From: Chlorokybus atmophyticus
Lineage: Eukaryota > Plantae > Mesostigma and Chlorokybus algae
Assembly: GCA_009103225.1 (NCBI GenBank)
Contig: RHPI01002630.1
Location: 19,285-83,284, forward strand
Reading direction: 5' to 3'
Length of the DNA stretch: 64,000 nucleotides
The number at the start of each line of letters is the position of its first letter. Position 1 is the first letter of the stretch. This document shows positions 10,418-22,573 of the stretch, piece after piece. The notes beneath the pieces are model-generated. The model ran no database searches and was not told the origin of the DNA. It worked only from the letters and a program-made list of their open reading frames with translations. Both the position numbers and the translations under genes were made by a program.

Positions 10418-13400
10418 TTAAACACAAATGCCAAGTCCTGCGCAACAAGTCTTGAACTTGAGCGATGACAATGGCTTTGTCATGAAGTCCGCCAGCATGC
10501 CCTCAGTGTTGCAGTACTGGAACTCCACCTCCTTCCTTGTGACTCTGTCACGCACAAAGTGATGCATGACATCAATGTGCTTCGTCCTTGCCGAGGCGAT
10601 AGGATGCTTCAACAACTTGATGGCTCCTTGGTTGTCACAGTTGATGACGATGCACGCCATGGGGTGCTCCAAGTCTGCCATGAGCTTGCGAAGCCAGAGT
10701 GCCTCCTTCACTGCTGCTGCCGCTGCCATGTACTCAGCCTCTGATGTAGATGCTGCTGTTGTTGGCTGCAGCCTGCTGTTCCAGCTCACCACGCCTCCGT
10801 TCAGCTTGAAGGCGTAGCCTGTAGTGGACCTCCTGCTGTTGAGGTCACCAGCAAAGTCTGAGTCGCAGTAGCCCTCCAACTCAATGCTCCCGCTCCCAAA
10901 CTTGATGCCAACTGTTGCGCTCCCAGCAACATAGCGTAGTACTCCCTTTGCTCTCCAGTGCTCCATGCTCGGTGCAGACATGTAGCGAGCAAGTACTCCC
11001 ACAGCATGTGCAACATCGGGACGTGTGCACGCTGCCAGATAGAGCATGCTGCCTACCAGCTCACCATATGGATAATGAGCCTTGTCGAGTACCTCCTCAT
11101 CCTTTGCCTTGATGAGGGCAGTGCCAAGTGCCAACGGTGTGCTCTTAGTCTTCGCTTCAGTGAGCCCAAACTTGGTGACGAGTCTTCTCACCATCTGCTC
11201 CTGACTGATCTTGATTGTACGTGCAGCCCTGTCGCGCTCAATCAACAACAACATGCCAAGGAACCACTTGGCCTCTCCAAGATCACGAACTGAGAATGCT
11301 TGCTGTAGAGCAAGTTTCGTCTCCTGCAGGTGGTGCACCTGCCTGGCGGTGATGATGATATCATCAACATACACGAGCAGCCAGACCTTGTTGTCTACAT
11401 GGATGAAGAGCCTAGGGTCTGCAAAGGATGCGGTGATGCCAAGTGCCTCCAGCTCCTTGGTGAGCTTGATGTGCCACATACGCGGTGCCTGTCGCAGCCC
11501 ATACAGTGCCTTGATTAGCTTGCACGCTGTGCCTCTCTCCCCTTCTTCATATCCAGGTGGTTGCTTGATGAAGATCTCCTCTTCCAGCTCTCCGTAGAGG
11601 AAGGCAGTCTTCACATCCAAGTGATGCAGCTCTAGGTCTTCAGCAGCAACCACAGCTAACAGTGCACGGAAGGTGGTGTGCTTACTTGCGGGTGCAAATA
11701 CTTCGTCAAAGTCCACACCTTCCTGCTGCAAGAAGCCCTTTGCCACCAGTCTTGCCTTGTAGCGCTCAATGTTGCCCTGACCATCACGCTTCACCTTGAA
11801 GACCCATTTCACTGAAATGGTCTTCACTCCTTGCGGAATCTGCTCCAATGACCAAGTGTTGTTGGCATGGAGTGACGCAATCTCCTCGTCCATAGCACGC
11901 TGCTATTGCTCCGCATCTGGTGCTAACAATGCCTCCTCGTAGGTGCTTGGCTCCTCATTGTGCACACTGGCGACGTGTGCCTTGTGTAAGAAGTCAGGTG
12001 CCTTTCTCTCCCTCATTGGGTATCTCCGAGCTGCGTGCTCTTGCTGCAGGTGCGACTGCTTGTCTGCCACAGTAGAGTCCTGCTCACCCTTATCATCAAT
12101 GATGGCCTTGCCTGTAGCCTCCACTGTTTCAAGATGCTCCAGCTGTGCTTCATCTTCAGGAAAGAAGCCTGCTTCTGGTTGGGATAATCCCTCGTGGAAA
12201 ACCACCTCTCTGCTCACAATGATCCTCTGAGTGTCCTCGAGCAAGATCCTGTAAGCGTTGGAACCCGGTTCATAGCCAACAAAGATGCCCTTCCGGCTGA
12301 CCGGCTCCAGCTTGTGCCTAAGCTGTTTAGGCACTAATGCATATGCCGTGCATCCAAACACACGCATACCACTCACATCTGGTGTGGCTCCGTAGAAGTG
12401 CTCCCACAGAGTCTTCTGCTCTGAGCTCACCGGAGACCTGTTGCGGATGTAGTTGGCAATGAGTACCGCCTCCTTCCACATACTGTCTTCCATCTTGGTG
12501 TCATTGAGCATTGCTCGAACCCGCTCCAGGAGTGTCCTGTTGAGGCGTTCAGCTGCTCCATTCTGCTGCGGTGTGTAGGGTGCAGTGGTCTCGTGGCGTA
12601 TGCCCTTGCTGGCGAAAAACTCCTTCAACTCCTTGTTAATGTACTCCCCTCCTCGGTCACTCCTCATTGCCTTCATCTTGCTGCTATACTGCGTCTCCAA
12701 CAAGGCCACAACTGTGCGCACAGCTCCAGCAACTTCTGACTTGAGCGTCAATGGAAAGATGATGGACAGCTTGCTGTAGTCGTCGAGGAATGTAGCAAAG
12801 TACCTGGCCCCTCCCTTCGCCACAATGCGCATAGGGCCACAGACATCCATGTGCACAAGCTCGCAAGGATGCTGACTGCTAAAAGAGAATGATGGGAATG
12901 GCATAGCATGCTGCTTTGCAACCAGGCATGGTTCACAAAGTGCACCTGATGCATTCTTGAGTTCTTCTGTGCTGAGATGGATGCCCTTGACCATCTTCTC
13001 AGCGACAAGGCGAGTGAGGTTGGCGTATCTGAGATGCCCGAACCTTCGATGCCACAATGTTGGCGACTCCTTGTCCTTCACCACCATGGCTTGAATGTCA
13101 ATGTTCTGAGGGTGCTGCTCCACGTGGTAGAGCCCTCTCGGATCAGCGATTCCAACCATGTGCATGACCCCATCAAGGATGACTGTGCAGCCAACCTTCC
13201 GAAATAGCATCTCCGCGCCTAAGCGCTCCGCAACCCTCACAAAAAATAGACTCGCAATAGCCTTAGGAACATGCAGGACATTGCGTAACAACACCTCGCG
13301 TAGTGTGTTACCAACCTTGCACTGGAGTCGTACGTTGCCAACTCCCTCAGCCACCAGTACTTCGCCACCAAAGCCCGCCACCATAATTGTAGACGTCAGC

Positions 13401-14332
13401 TTCTTGTAGCCCTCCATCACCTCCTTGTTTGGTGTGAGATGACGATCGCAGCCAGAGTCCACCACCCAGAAAGCTGTGCCCGCCCTCGAACTGGATGCAG
13501 TGAAGGCGACATGTTTCTCCTTGTGTTGGTGCTTGTTGCCGCTGTTGCTGGTGCTTGCTCTTGGTTGCCCCTGTTGTTTCTTCCTACAGTCCTTCACAAT
13601 GTGCCCCTTCCAACCACACCAGTGGCATGTGAGGTCTTTGTGACGAGGATTGCCTGGCTTGTTGCCCTTGTTCTTCTCTTCGTGGTTGCTCTTCTTCCCG
13701 TGCTTGTTGGTGTAGAAGGCCACGGCATCAGCTTGCGCGTCCTTCTTCATCACCCTCTGCTCCACGGTGAGCAGCTTCGGTAGCACATCGTCCAACGTCA
13801 ACTCCGATGATGACGTCTCCAGCAGGGTTGCGACGACCTCGTACTCTGCTGGTAGCCCTGCAACAATGGCCAGCACTACCTCCGTCTCCCCCATGTTGTG
13901 GCCGACGTTGATGAGGTCCGCCCACAGCTCTCTCGCGCGCGCAACATACTTTGTGATGGGTTCTGCTGCCTCCTTCCTGAGTGCGCTAAGCTGCTTGCGT
14001 AGATGCAACTTTCTGGCATTGTTCTTGGCTCTGAAAACGGCTGATAGCTTTTCCCAAGCTTGTCTACCATCTTCACATGCAGTGAGCATGGGAAAGTGAT
14101 GCGGTTTGCTGTTCAACACAAGCAAAGAGTGTGCTTCTGCTGAATGCTCTGACCACACAGTGTTTGCTCCTGGTGTTGGTGGTGGTGCCTTCGGATCAAC
14201 GTACTTCCACACCTTCTTGTGGATGAGCAAAGCCTTCATCTCCAAGCACCATGTGTTGTAGTTGTCGGTGTCCAGCTTTGCAATCTGCCCCTTGTCGTAG
14301 GTCGCCTCCATCTTTGTCGTGCCTGCCTTCAC
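10418..14332 (-). pseudogene. gag-pol: copia A1 gag-protease-integrase-RT-RNaseH, interrupted by one TAG at 11903-11905
   Basis: CHWCGWKGHIVKDC knuckle, WVVDSGC protease, LWHRRFGH, VHMDVCGP, RSDRGGEY, PQQNGAAER integrase; stop replaces the W before QRAMDEEI; KARLVAKGF, LYGLRQAPR, LLVYVDD RT; YCDSDFAGD, HIDVMHHFVRD RNase H. Confidence 0.95.
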
Positions 14333-14440
14333 TTGCAGTTGACACCCAAGGCTCTGCTACCAACAAGCTACCGTAGTGTAGAAACTACTATGCACACAAG
14401 CTAGTCTCACACTCCTCAAGCGTAGTGTGGGCCCATAACC

Positions 14441-14862
14441 TGTTGAAAGACTAGCATGCACATGTAGTTGAGGCAAGCATGGACACAGAGACAGAGCTAC
14501 CGCCACCAGAGCATACACAAGTCGCATCACATTCATCTATTACAAGTTGTCCGCTGGTTCTTATACCAGCCAGCTACACACACGTCTACGTTTGCAAGCA
14601 CTGCGTAAGCTATACTCAGCTTTTTGACGCGCTCTAAGCTGCGTTGTCTTTCTTACAACTAGAGCTTTCAAACGAGCTCTTACACGCCTAATATGAGTAA
14701 GTATACGCGGAGATGCGAAGCAGTTAGTAAGGCTCCAGTCTGGAGTCCGGAGTCTGGTCCGACGACGCCATCTTGCTAAGTCCGGACCTAGTGCTCGTCC
14801 TTACGACCTTCTACTCCTGTGTGGAGGGTCGATGCTGATCGTATGTAGGAATACTCTCAACA
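14441..14862 (-). repeat. 5' LTR of copia A1
   Basis: Direct repeat of 9952-10375; followed on the minus strand by PBS GGTTATGGGCCC. Confidence 0.95.
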
Positions 14863-14879
14863 ACTCCTGCCACGGTTTG

Positions 14880-15610
14880 CTAGATGTCGTCCACGTCCAT
14901 TATGGTCAAGTCCTCCCCGTCGCTATCACCATCGTCACTGTCGGTCCAAGTTCAGCCGGCTGGTGAATCAGCGCCATGCAGACCAGTCGGTGAAGAAGGT
15001 TCGCCAGTGCAGTCGTCAGTCGGCCTGTCGCCGCCGTTGCCCACATGCTCGTGGGTGTCCAGGTTGTTGGAGTTTTCGCAGCTGAGGCAGGAGCAGCTAT
15101 CGCTGCATGCTTTGCCGGCCTTTTTGGACTTGCATCGTTTGCTGTTGCACCTGCCTACCTTGCAGCCGCAACCATGCATAAGCAGCTGTATTCTAGATAT
15201 TGCAGCATCCATGTTTTGTGGTAGGTCTCGCACAGCATACCACACGCCGTCCTCCAATTGATACCCATACTCTGCCAGATCGCCCAGCTGCATGTCCTGA
15301 CTGCAACTCTGTAGCCACATGTTGACGGCATGTACAGCGCGCAGTGCATGCAGCCAGAGGGCATCAACAGTAGGAATAGTGTCACGTGATGTTGCCGTTT
15401 TCCTCCAGACAGTCTTGTGGATGGCTTCCAGCCAGTCCGACAGATAAACCTTATCGCTGCTGGTTGCGTTAGCGCCGTGCAGAGCGTAGAACAATGACGC
15501 CGGAGTGCCGCATTCAAAAGAAGAGCGGTACTTCTCGAAATAGGAGCACCCAATCAGGCGTAGCAGAGCGAAGCACATCTCGTGTGTCGTGCCTTCCCGC
15601 GTCGTGACTC
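14880..15610 (-). pseudogene. C-terminus of a probable Academ (XPG-like plus Cys-finger) DNA transposon protein
   Basis: IPTVDALWLHALRAVHAVNMW...YGYQL...CGCKVGRCNSKRCKSKKAGKACSDSCSCLSCEN fits the PPT.DAL..H..RA.....W / YGW / CXC-like tail of AcademX proteins; frameshifted acidic tail ends at TAG 14880-14882. Confidence 0.6.
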
Positions 15611-16505
15611 GAACTCATCGTAAACCTCTTTGCCATGCATGTATGCATGCTATTATACACCATGAGACCATGTCATGCTGCCTCATGCACCATCTCTCAT
15701 CACATGAAGTTGACACACGCATGAAAGCTGCGTGTCCCCTTGCAAAAGGTAGGCAAGTAGACCACAACTTGACTTGCAATCAGCCGTTCACTTGTGTAGA
15801 GCAGTCCCAACTCAATCCTCACTCAAAGTACATGCTAAGGCAGCCCATACGGTGCATCAAAGTCGCAACAGTGACACACACCCCTTCATGCACAGCAACG
15901 CACAGCAACGAACACGTGCACACACGCCATACATGCAAGCATGTGCATACGCATCCGCTCAGCCAAGAACCTCTTCCCAAAGGTGTTGTTTGCACTCCAG
16001 TAGGCCAACTTGCATCCAACCAAACTAGGAAACAGGCTAGCAAAGCCTTATATACCACCGTTGAGCTCAAGCCCAACCAACTCTCCAACTACCCTAACTG
16101 TCAATCTGCACCAGCATAGTAACAGTCATGGTGGCGTTGATAAGTAACGGTAAACAGTTAGGAAAGGCTTATCCAAGCTCATCCTCTTCAAGTACACTTC
16201 AAGACGCATCTTTTGACGCCAACCCATGGCCAAACCGCCACTCCAACTGTAAGTTACGGCTTCTCAAAGTCACAACTCCGAAACAGCTGTGCGAGATACC
16301 ATAGTGACCCAAATATGCTGTCAGCTCCGTATCTGACTGTAGATAGATATACGCCTCGAACACACCTCCCTCACGTCCATGAGGACCCAAACATGAGTTC
16401 CCAATGAAAACCCAACACATAAACCCTGTAAAATGGCTATGAGAGCCAAAATCCCAAGGTCCATCCATGTCGCCAGCCCCGAGGGCATCATGCACATGAC
16501 ACTAC

Positions 16506-17021
16506 ATGCTCGCGCATGACAACCGGCAAAAGCAATGCGCCGATGCGCGTCGCAAGGATGTTGTGTTCGAGGAGGGTGACCTTGTAATGCTTTCAACCAA
16601 GCATGTGCAGCTGGTCACGGGGGTGCGCAAGCTGAGTGAGCGATGGTTTGGGCCCTTTAAAGTGATCAAGGTCATCTCGAAGGTGGCCTACAAGCTGGAG
16701 CTGCCCAATACCATGCATGTGCACCCTGTTTTTCATGTCTCGCTTCTTAAAGGTTATCGAGGGGAGCCACCAGCTCGTCCGCCTCCAGATGTGGTTTGTG
16801 AAGGTGAGGCTGAGTGGGAAGTGGAAGCAATTGTCACGGACAAGCTGATCCGAGGCGTGCGCAAGTATTTGGTGAAGTGGCGTGGCTATCCAATGCACGA
16901 GGCGACATACGAGCCCGAGGAGAGCTTTACCAATGCCAAACAGGTCTTGCAAGACTACAAGGCCAGAGGAGGCAGTCGTCAGCTTCGAGGACGAAGCTCC
17001 CCCGGGGGGGAAGGGGTGTAA
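16506..17021 (+). pseudogene. pol: Ty3/gypsy chromovirus integrase C-terminus with chromodomain (5' truncated)
   Basis: KLSERWFGPFKV...AYKLELP...HPVFHVSLLK (GPY/F region); EWEVEAIV...YLVKWRGYPMHEATYEPE (chromodomain); PPT GGGGGGGAAGGGG directly before the LTR. Confidence 0.93.
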
Positions 17022-17658
17022 CAGCCTGGGGCATTTTTTGTATTTTATTGTACATAAAGTACTTATTTTGCCTTTTTTGCTGGCTTGATGAGGGCTTTTA
17101 TGAGCTTTATTAAGCCCATGTGGCGCCTGCCCCTGCTGCCGCGCGCGACTCGCCTGCGACCTGCTCGACAGCAGCTAATTCGGCGACGTGACCCACCTGC
17201 CACGCGGTTGTGACACAGCCGCTGACTGGACACGCGCTGTGCAGTGCCAGGTGACGCGGACTGCACAGTCACACAGCCGCCGAAGGCCCAACGCGCGTGG
17301 CGGGGAGCCTGCGCTTGGACCTGCCTTTAGATTTGGTAGTGAATCATGAAATGCCTGTTAATTAGGCTATTTCTTCCTAGTGCTTGTATAAATAAAAAAA
17401 CCCTGTGTAATGCAACCAACTTTGTTTTCTGCTCTCTGCTGTGAGTATGCTGGTGCATGCTTGAGGGAGTTGTGGTCCAAGGCACACTGCTGCGTTCTTG
17501 CTTGGCGTGAGAAGTAGTAGTGTTCATGTGCGTGTGCGCGCTCGACGCGTGCGTGCGTGCGCGAGTGAAGGCAAGGTTTCGGTGTGAAGATTGTGCTCAG
17601 CTGCACACGTGTGTTGTATGACTTGTGTGCTGTATATGTGAGCACGAGCATCGTTACA
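17017..17658 (+). repeat. 3' LTR of the chromovirus
   Basis: Begins TGTAAC immediately after the PPT and ends GTTACA (inverted termini). Confidence 0.75.
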
Positions 17659-17659
17659 G

Positions 17660-20600
17660 TCCCGGAGCATGCCTCGACGCATGAGACTGCGCCTGTCTTT
17701 AACAAGCGCTACTGTTACTTTGTTGTCATGGGGATCAATTCCCTCAAACCACTGGCCCTTGACCTGCCAGCAAGAAGGGATATTCATCAGCCATTTTCAT
17801 ACTACTATTTCAATTTACTATCATCACACCAAGCACACGCCAACACGATTGCAACACAGCCACTTACCAGGTTGCAATCAAGGTAGGTTTGTTCTGCAAA
17901 GCGGGGCTTGTCTTTTCTTAGGATTGCAATTCCTCCACTGTGCTGGACTTGGTTGCTCATGTACCACCTAGCTCTGAGCAGCTGGTGCTCCCGACCAGCT
18001 ATCACCACAACATCAAAAGATTGCACCCTGCCATACCAATGGATCTTGGTTGGGTCATCTGAGTCACGCCCAACGGTAAACACGCCACAGTCCATCGTGC
18101 GGAGTTTCTTCTCCATTTCCTCTGCTCTGAACTGACCGATGTCCTTGTAGCGTGCTCTGAAGTATCGCTTGATGTACTTTGGAAAGATTGGACCGCTCAA
18201 CAGCTCCATCTCGTGCTTTGTAAGCTCCCTAGCAGGTCCACGCCAGTGATGCAGCTCAGTCATATGCTCCATGTCCTTTGCCAAGACATGTCCTTGTTTT
18301 TGAGCCCTTTCCCTTGCCATCCTGCGTTTGTTCACCTCCCGACTGAACTCTCTGTGTAGCAGCAACCCATAAATAAATCATACTGTCTGCGCGTTGGACA
18401 TCACGTACAAAACAGCAACTCCCAAAGCAACTTACTCTTTTAACAGCCTGTATTCATCGTCATTCTCAGCCAACCACCACTTGAGCTCCTGCCTTGTCTT
18501 ACTATCTTTATCCCCAACCTCAATACGGTGTCTCCGTCCGCAGAGCACATAGTCGTCATCATCTCATTGCTTGCCCGATCGCAAACTGATGTCGGAGAAA
18601 AGTCGCTTCAAGGTGTCCATGTAAGTGTTCAGCATGAGCTGGATAGAGTATCTGCAGATGCAACTGGCACTTGAACAAGGCAAACAATGTGGAAAGTTTG
18701 CACGTAACTCTCAGTGGGCTCACACAAAACTTGCCTTTTGCAGATGCTTGCTTCCACATGCTGCCTTGCAAATATCATGCGCTTCACCCACTGCATAAAG
18801 CGTTCATGTGCCCACTCCCAGTGGTCACGCGTCGGACCAAGCCACATGCACTGCTCTGGTAGATGGCCAAGGAGGTGCAGCATCATTGTGAGAGAAGTTC
18901 GCGGGAAGAACAGCTCCACTTCAGACTGTGCCTCATGCACCAGCACCTGCACTAAGTACTAAGCTATGCATGCCATAGGAGCTGGGCATGCAGAGTAAAG
19001 TGTTATTAAAGCCAGCCTTCAATTCTTCGAGGTGTGACTGCTTTACTTCCAATGCAGTAAGCCGTTGATAAGTGTCGCATAGTTTGAAGATGGTTCTCTT
19101 CTGATTTTCTCCAATGTCGTGTGCAGAGCGCAGCACGTACTGAAAAACGACCGACCATAAGTTGTGCTTGTCGTGCAATTTCATCAAGCCCGCATGCTCC
19201 ATGTCAAAAGTTCCATGCATGGAGAATCATTGCTTTAGCGTAAACACAAAACATATAACGGCTATCTCACCTAAATGCTTTGTGAAAGACTGCAGTTTCG
19301 AGCCGAAAGTGCTTGAAACCCTCACGCCGGAGAGCAATTGCTCAACCAGTCCTACATCTGTGATTGTCCATGGAGCCTGGGGTTTTACCTTGACTGCGAC
19401 TTCCTTTCCATCCTTCATCTTCATCTCTGTCTGCAGCACATAGGTTCAAGTCCTTGGTTAATTCCAACTATGGCACATGTCAACGAGGCCGACTACATAC
19501 GTACCTCTAGCCAGAGTTCAGGCATGCGGCCTTGCTGCTGCAGATCTTCTCGTGATTCGATGCTGTCGCGCAAGCCAGCTAGGAGATTTGCAAAGTTGGT
19601 TGCCAGGTTGGCAAAAATGTGCATAGGGCCAACCACATGACCTTTGACAGATTTTTGTAACGGTAGCCAATATGGAAGGTCGTGAAAACAGCTCAGTCCA
19701 AGGATGCCGGAGGTCTTTGAAGGATGTCTCTTGGAGTGCAGTGGACGCTTGCTGTTGCGAGATGTCATAGCATACCTGATCACATGGCATCCATTGCTGA
19801 CATACCTATGTTCTGCAACCGAATGCGCAATCAACTGAGATTGCTCACCTGTACACGCTCTCTGCAGTCCGCATGGGTGGTGGAGGTCTGTGTTCTGGTT
19901 GCGGCCAACGCTCATCAACTCTGTAAGGATGGTCATCCGGTAGGTACCGGCGGTGGCCTTGATTGATCACCTTTTGAGAAGTTCCACATGTTCTCCACTG
20001 CACTCGCACTTTGAACAGCCAAAGATGGCTCCATGCGCCATCTGCAAGGCAGCTCTTGCCAGAGCTGCGCAACCAACATGATGTACTTCAGTAGCCACAA
20101 CCATGGTTGCAAGGACAGTCCGATATACAGATACAATCAGACACTGATAACAGTAAGTGCAAACACTGCTGCTGCTTGCGTACCTGGGTAATCATGGGTT
20201 ACAATCTCCAGAATAGATCTGCCACGGGAAACTGCGTCGCGGTGGCTGTCATATATGTCTATACCTACAACAAATGCCAGCAGATTACATGCCTCAGTCA
20301 TGCGCATTTGTCAAGCATGACTGCAGTAATGGAAGCTGCTTATCCTAGCTGCGTTGAAACCATATCTTCTCAGAGATCTCCCAACTGGTTAATAATTGGC
20401 TTGAGATAAGCCTGTAGATTCTCTGGCTGTTTGGGTCCAAGGATTACAGCAGCTAGAAATGTAGTGTCTGTCTTGTGCATCTTGGCAATGGGCAGGTTCA
20501 ACACTGAGATTGTGACAACCCAAAACTCATAGTTCCCTGCAACTCAACAAACCCTTTGCTGCCATTCGTACAGTTACACTGCAACGAGCAGACAGGAAGA

Positions 20601-20800
20601 AAAATGCTCTTTTATACCTTTGTGCGGATCTTTGACCGGGCTCATCCCGTCGATGAACATCGCTAGGCGCACATTGCGTGGTTCTTTTGCAAACCGGCTG
20701 TAGCGTTGTTCAGTGTCCTTGAACATTGGCGAGTCTGACAGCAGCAAGTACACCAAGGGCTTACGACCAACTGCCCCAGCCCCACAACACATTCAAACAT
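17660..20800 (-). pseudogene. Degenerate CACTA/EnSpm Tnp2 transposase with DUF4218-like and BAH-like C-terminal parts
   Basis: RFAKEPRNVRLAMFIDGMSP; VLNLP...AVILGPKQP; GHRRYLPDDHPYR; LSCFHDLPYW...VVGPMHIFAN; GLMKLHDKHNL; MLHLLGHLPEQCMWLGPTRDHWEWAHERFMQWVKRMIFARQHVEASI; many stops. Confidence 0.88.
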
Positions 20801-20818
20801 GCATACAATCGCAAGGCT

Positions 20819-21020
20819 GGATACTGAGGTCTTACATACCGCCCCAGCACCTCGCCGACACACAAACAAACACAGGCAAGGACACCGAGGTCTTACATGC
20901 CGCCTCAGCGCCACGCCGACACACAAACAAACACAGGCAAGGACACCGAGGTCTTACATGCCGCCTCAGCGCCACGCACACAAAAGCACAAGGCACGGAC
21001 ACTGAGGGCTTGCATTGGAC
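20819..21020. repeat. 61-bp tandem repeat, about 3.3 copies
   Basis: Unit GGACACCGAGGTCTTACATGCCGCCTCAGCGCCACGCCGACACACAAACAAACACAGGCAA starting at 20880 and 20941, with diverged flanking copies. Confidence 0.85.
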
Positions 21021-21104
21021 TGCCCCAGCCGCTCACCAACACAATCATGCACACAGTCGTGCCTCATTTACCACTGAACTTGGCAATGTTACCGTGTATA
21101 GATC

Positions 21105-21355
21105 GCTTGTTGGAAAGCTTGTTGGAAAGCTCTAGTTGTAAGGAAGACAACGCAGCTTAGAGCGCGTTAAAAGGCTGAGTATAGCTTGCGCAGTACTTGC
21201 AAACGTAGACGTGTGTGTAACTGGCTGGTATAAGAACCAGCGGACAACTTGTAATAGATGAATGTGATGTGACTTGTGTATGCTCTGGTGGCGGTAGCTC
21301 TGTCTCTGTGTGTCTATGCTTGCCTCAACTACATGTGCATGCTAGTCCTTCAACA
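21105..21355 (+). repeat. Truncated family-A copia LTR
   Basis: Reverse complement of the first ~250 bp of 9952-10375; ends CCTTCAACA and abuts copia B RT. Confidence 0.9.
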
Positions 21356-22202
21356 AGTACTTTTTGGGCATTGTCATTGACAGGGATAGGCGGTCTAAGA
21401 CTGCAAAGATCAGCCAGAAGCAGATGGTTTGCAGGCTTGTGGACAAATTTGGGCTGCAAGAGGCCAAGGTTAAGGCTACACCCTTGGCGGTAGGAGTCAG
21501 ACTTGTGAAGTCTGAGAGTGAGGCAGATCTGCTGGACAAGACTCGGTACCCCTACAGCACTTTGGTTGGGAGTCTTTTGTACTTGTCAGTCAGTACTAGG
21601 CCGGACATTTCCCATGCCGTGGGAGTCTTAGCCAGGTACATGTCTGACCTACCATGGAGCACTGGAGGGCTACAAAGGCGTGCATGCGCTATGTGGCTGG
21701 GACTTCCAGTGTCGGCATTACTTTTGGTGGAGGACTAATAGGTCTGGAGGGCTATTGCGATGCAGACTACGCAGGAGACTTAGACTTCAGAAGGTCTACC
21801 ACGGGCTACACATTCTTGTTGAATGGTGGAGTCATCAGTTGGAGCAGCAAGCTACAGCCCACTGTTGCAGTGTCTACTGCAGAGGCGGAGTACATGGCTG
21901 CATGCCAGGCAGTCAAGGAGGGGCTTTGGTTGCGCAAGCTGCTTGCAGACTTGGGTCCAGACCAAACTGTCATTCCCATGCACTGCGACAACCAAGGGGC
22001 TATTCGGCTCTTGAAGCACCCCATTGTTTCAGTCATGTCTAAGCACATTAATGTCATGCATCACTTTGTGCGGGAGCGCGTGGCGCGTGGAGAGGTGGAG
22101 TTCATCTACTGCAAGACCGAAGACATGCTTGCAGACTTTATGACGAAGGCTTTAACCCCTGCCAAGTTTAAGACCTGCTGCATGGGTCTAGGCATCTACT
22201 AA
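21356..22202 (+). pseudogene. pol: Copia family B RT C-terminus and RNase H (5' truncated)
   Basis: FLGIVIDRDR, YPYSTLVGSLLYL, TRPDI, frameshift, YCDADYAGDLDFRRSTTGY, EAEYMAA, KHINVMHHFVRE. Confidence 0.92.
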
Positions 22203-22573
22203 GCTGCCTGCGTGGGAGTGTTGGAATTTAAGACAAGGTTTAGCCGTCCTAAGACTCTAGTCAGCTTGGTCTAGCTAAGTACTCATGAGTTTCGTACTTA
22301 GTAGACTCAGTTTCGTAAAAAACCGTCAGTCTTGACAGTTTAGACCGTTTATGACTCTTTTTGGGTCATATGCTGACTAGACCCGCCTTGTATACTATTG
22401 TGAGCTTGTATATCGATTTCTTTGCAGTGTTGACCGTTATTGGGTATAAAGGGACGCCCACACACGTTGAACTTGGTTCACTTTGCTTGTGCTTGAGTCT
22501 GGTGGCGGCGGAAGCCTTGGCCTGGGCGTGGTCTGGACTGGTCGGGTCTGGCGTGGTCTAGTCTGATCTTTTC

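Larger units (their letters stand above)
9952..14862 (-). mobile_element. Full-length Ty1/copia LTR retrotransposon (family A, copy A1)
   Basis: LTRs 9952-10375 and 14441-14862 (TGTTG...CAACA), TSD ACTCC at 9947-9951 and 14863-14867, PBS GGTTATGGGCCC next to the 5' LTR, PPT-like CGCGTGGGAG next to the 3' LTR. Confidence 0.97.

Noticed and set aside
10559-14404. Many plus-strand ORFs overlapping copia A1 (and equivalents in other elements)
   Set aside because: Antisense or alternative frames of gag-pol with no independent motifs.
15700-16480. Possible additional LTR between the Academ fragment and the chromovirus fragment
   Set aside because: It has a TATATAA and LTR-like composition, but I could not find TG...CA ends, a TSD or a second copy.
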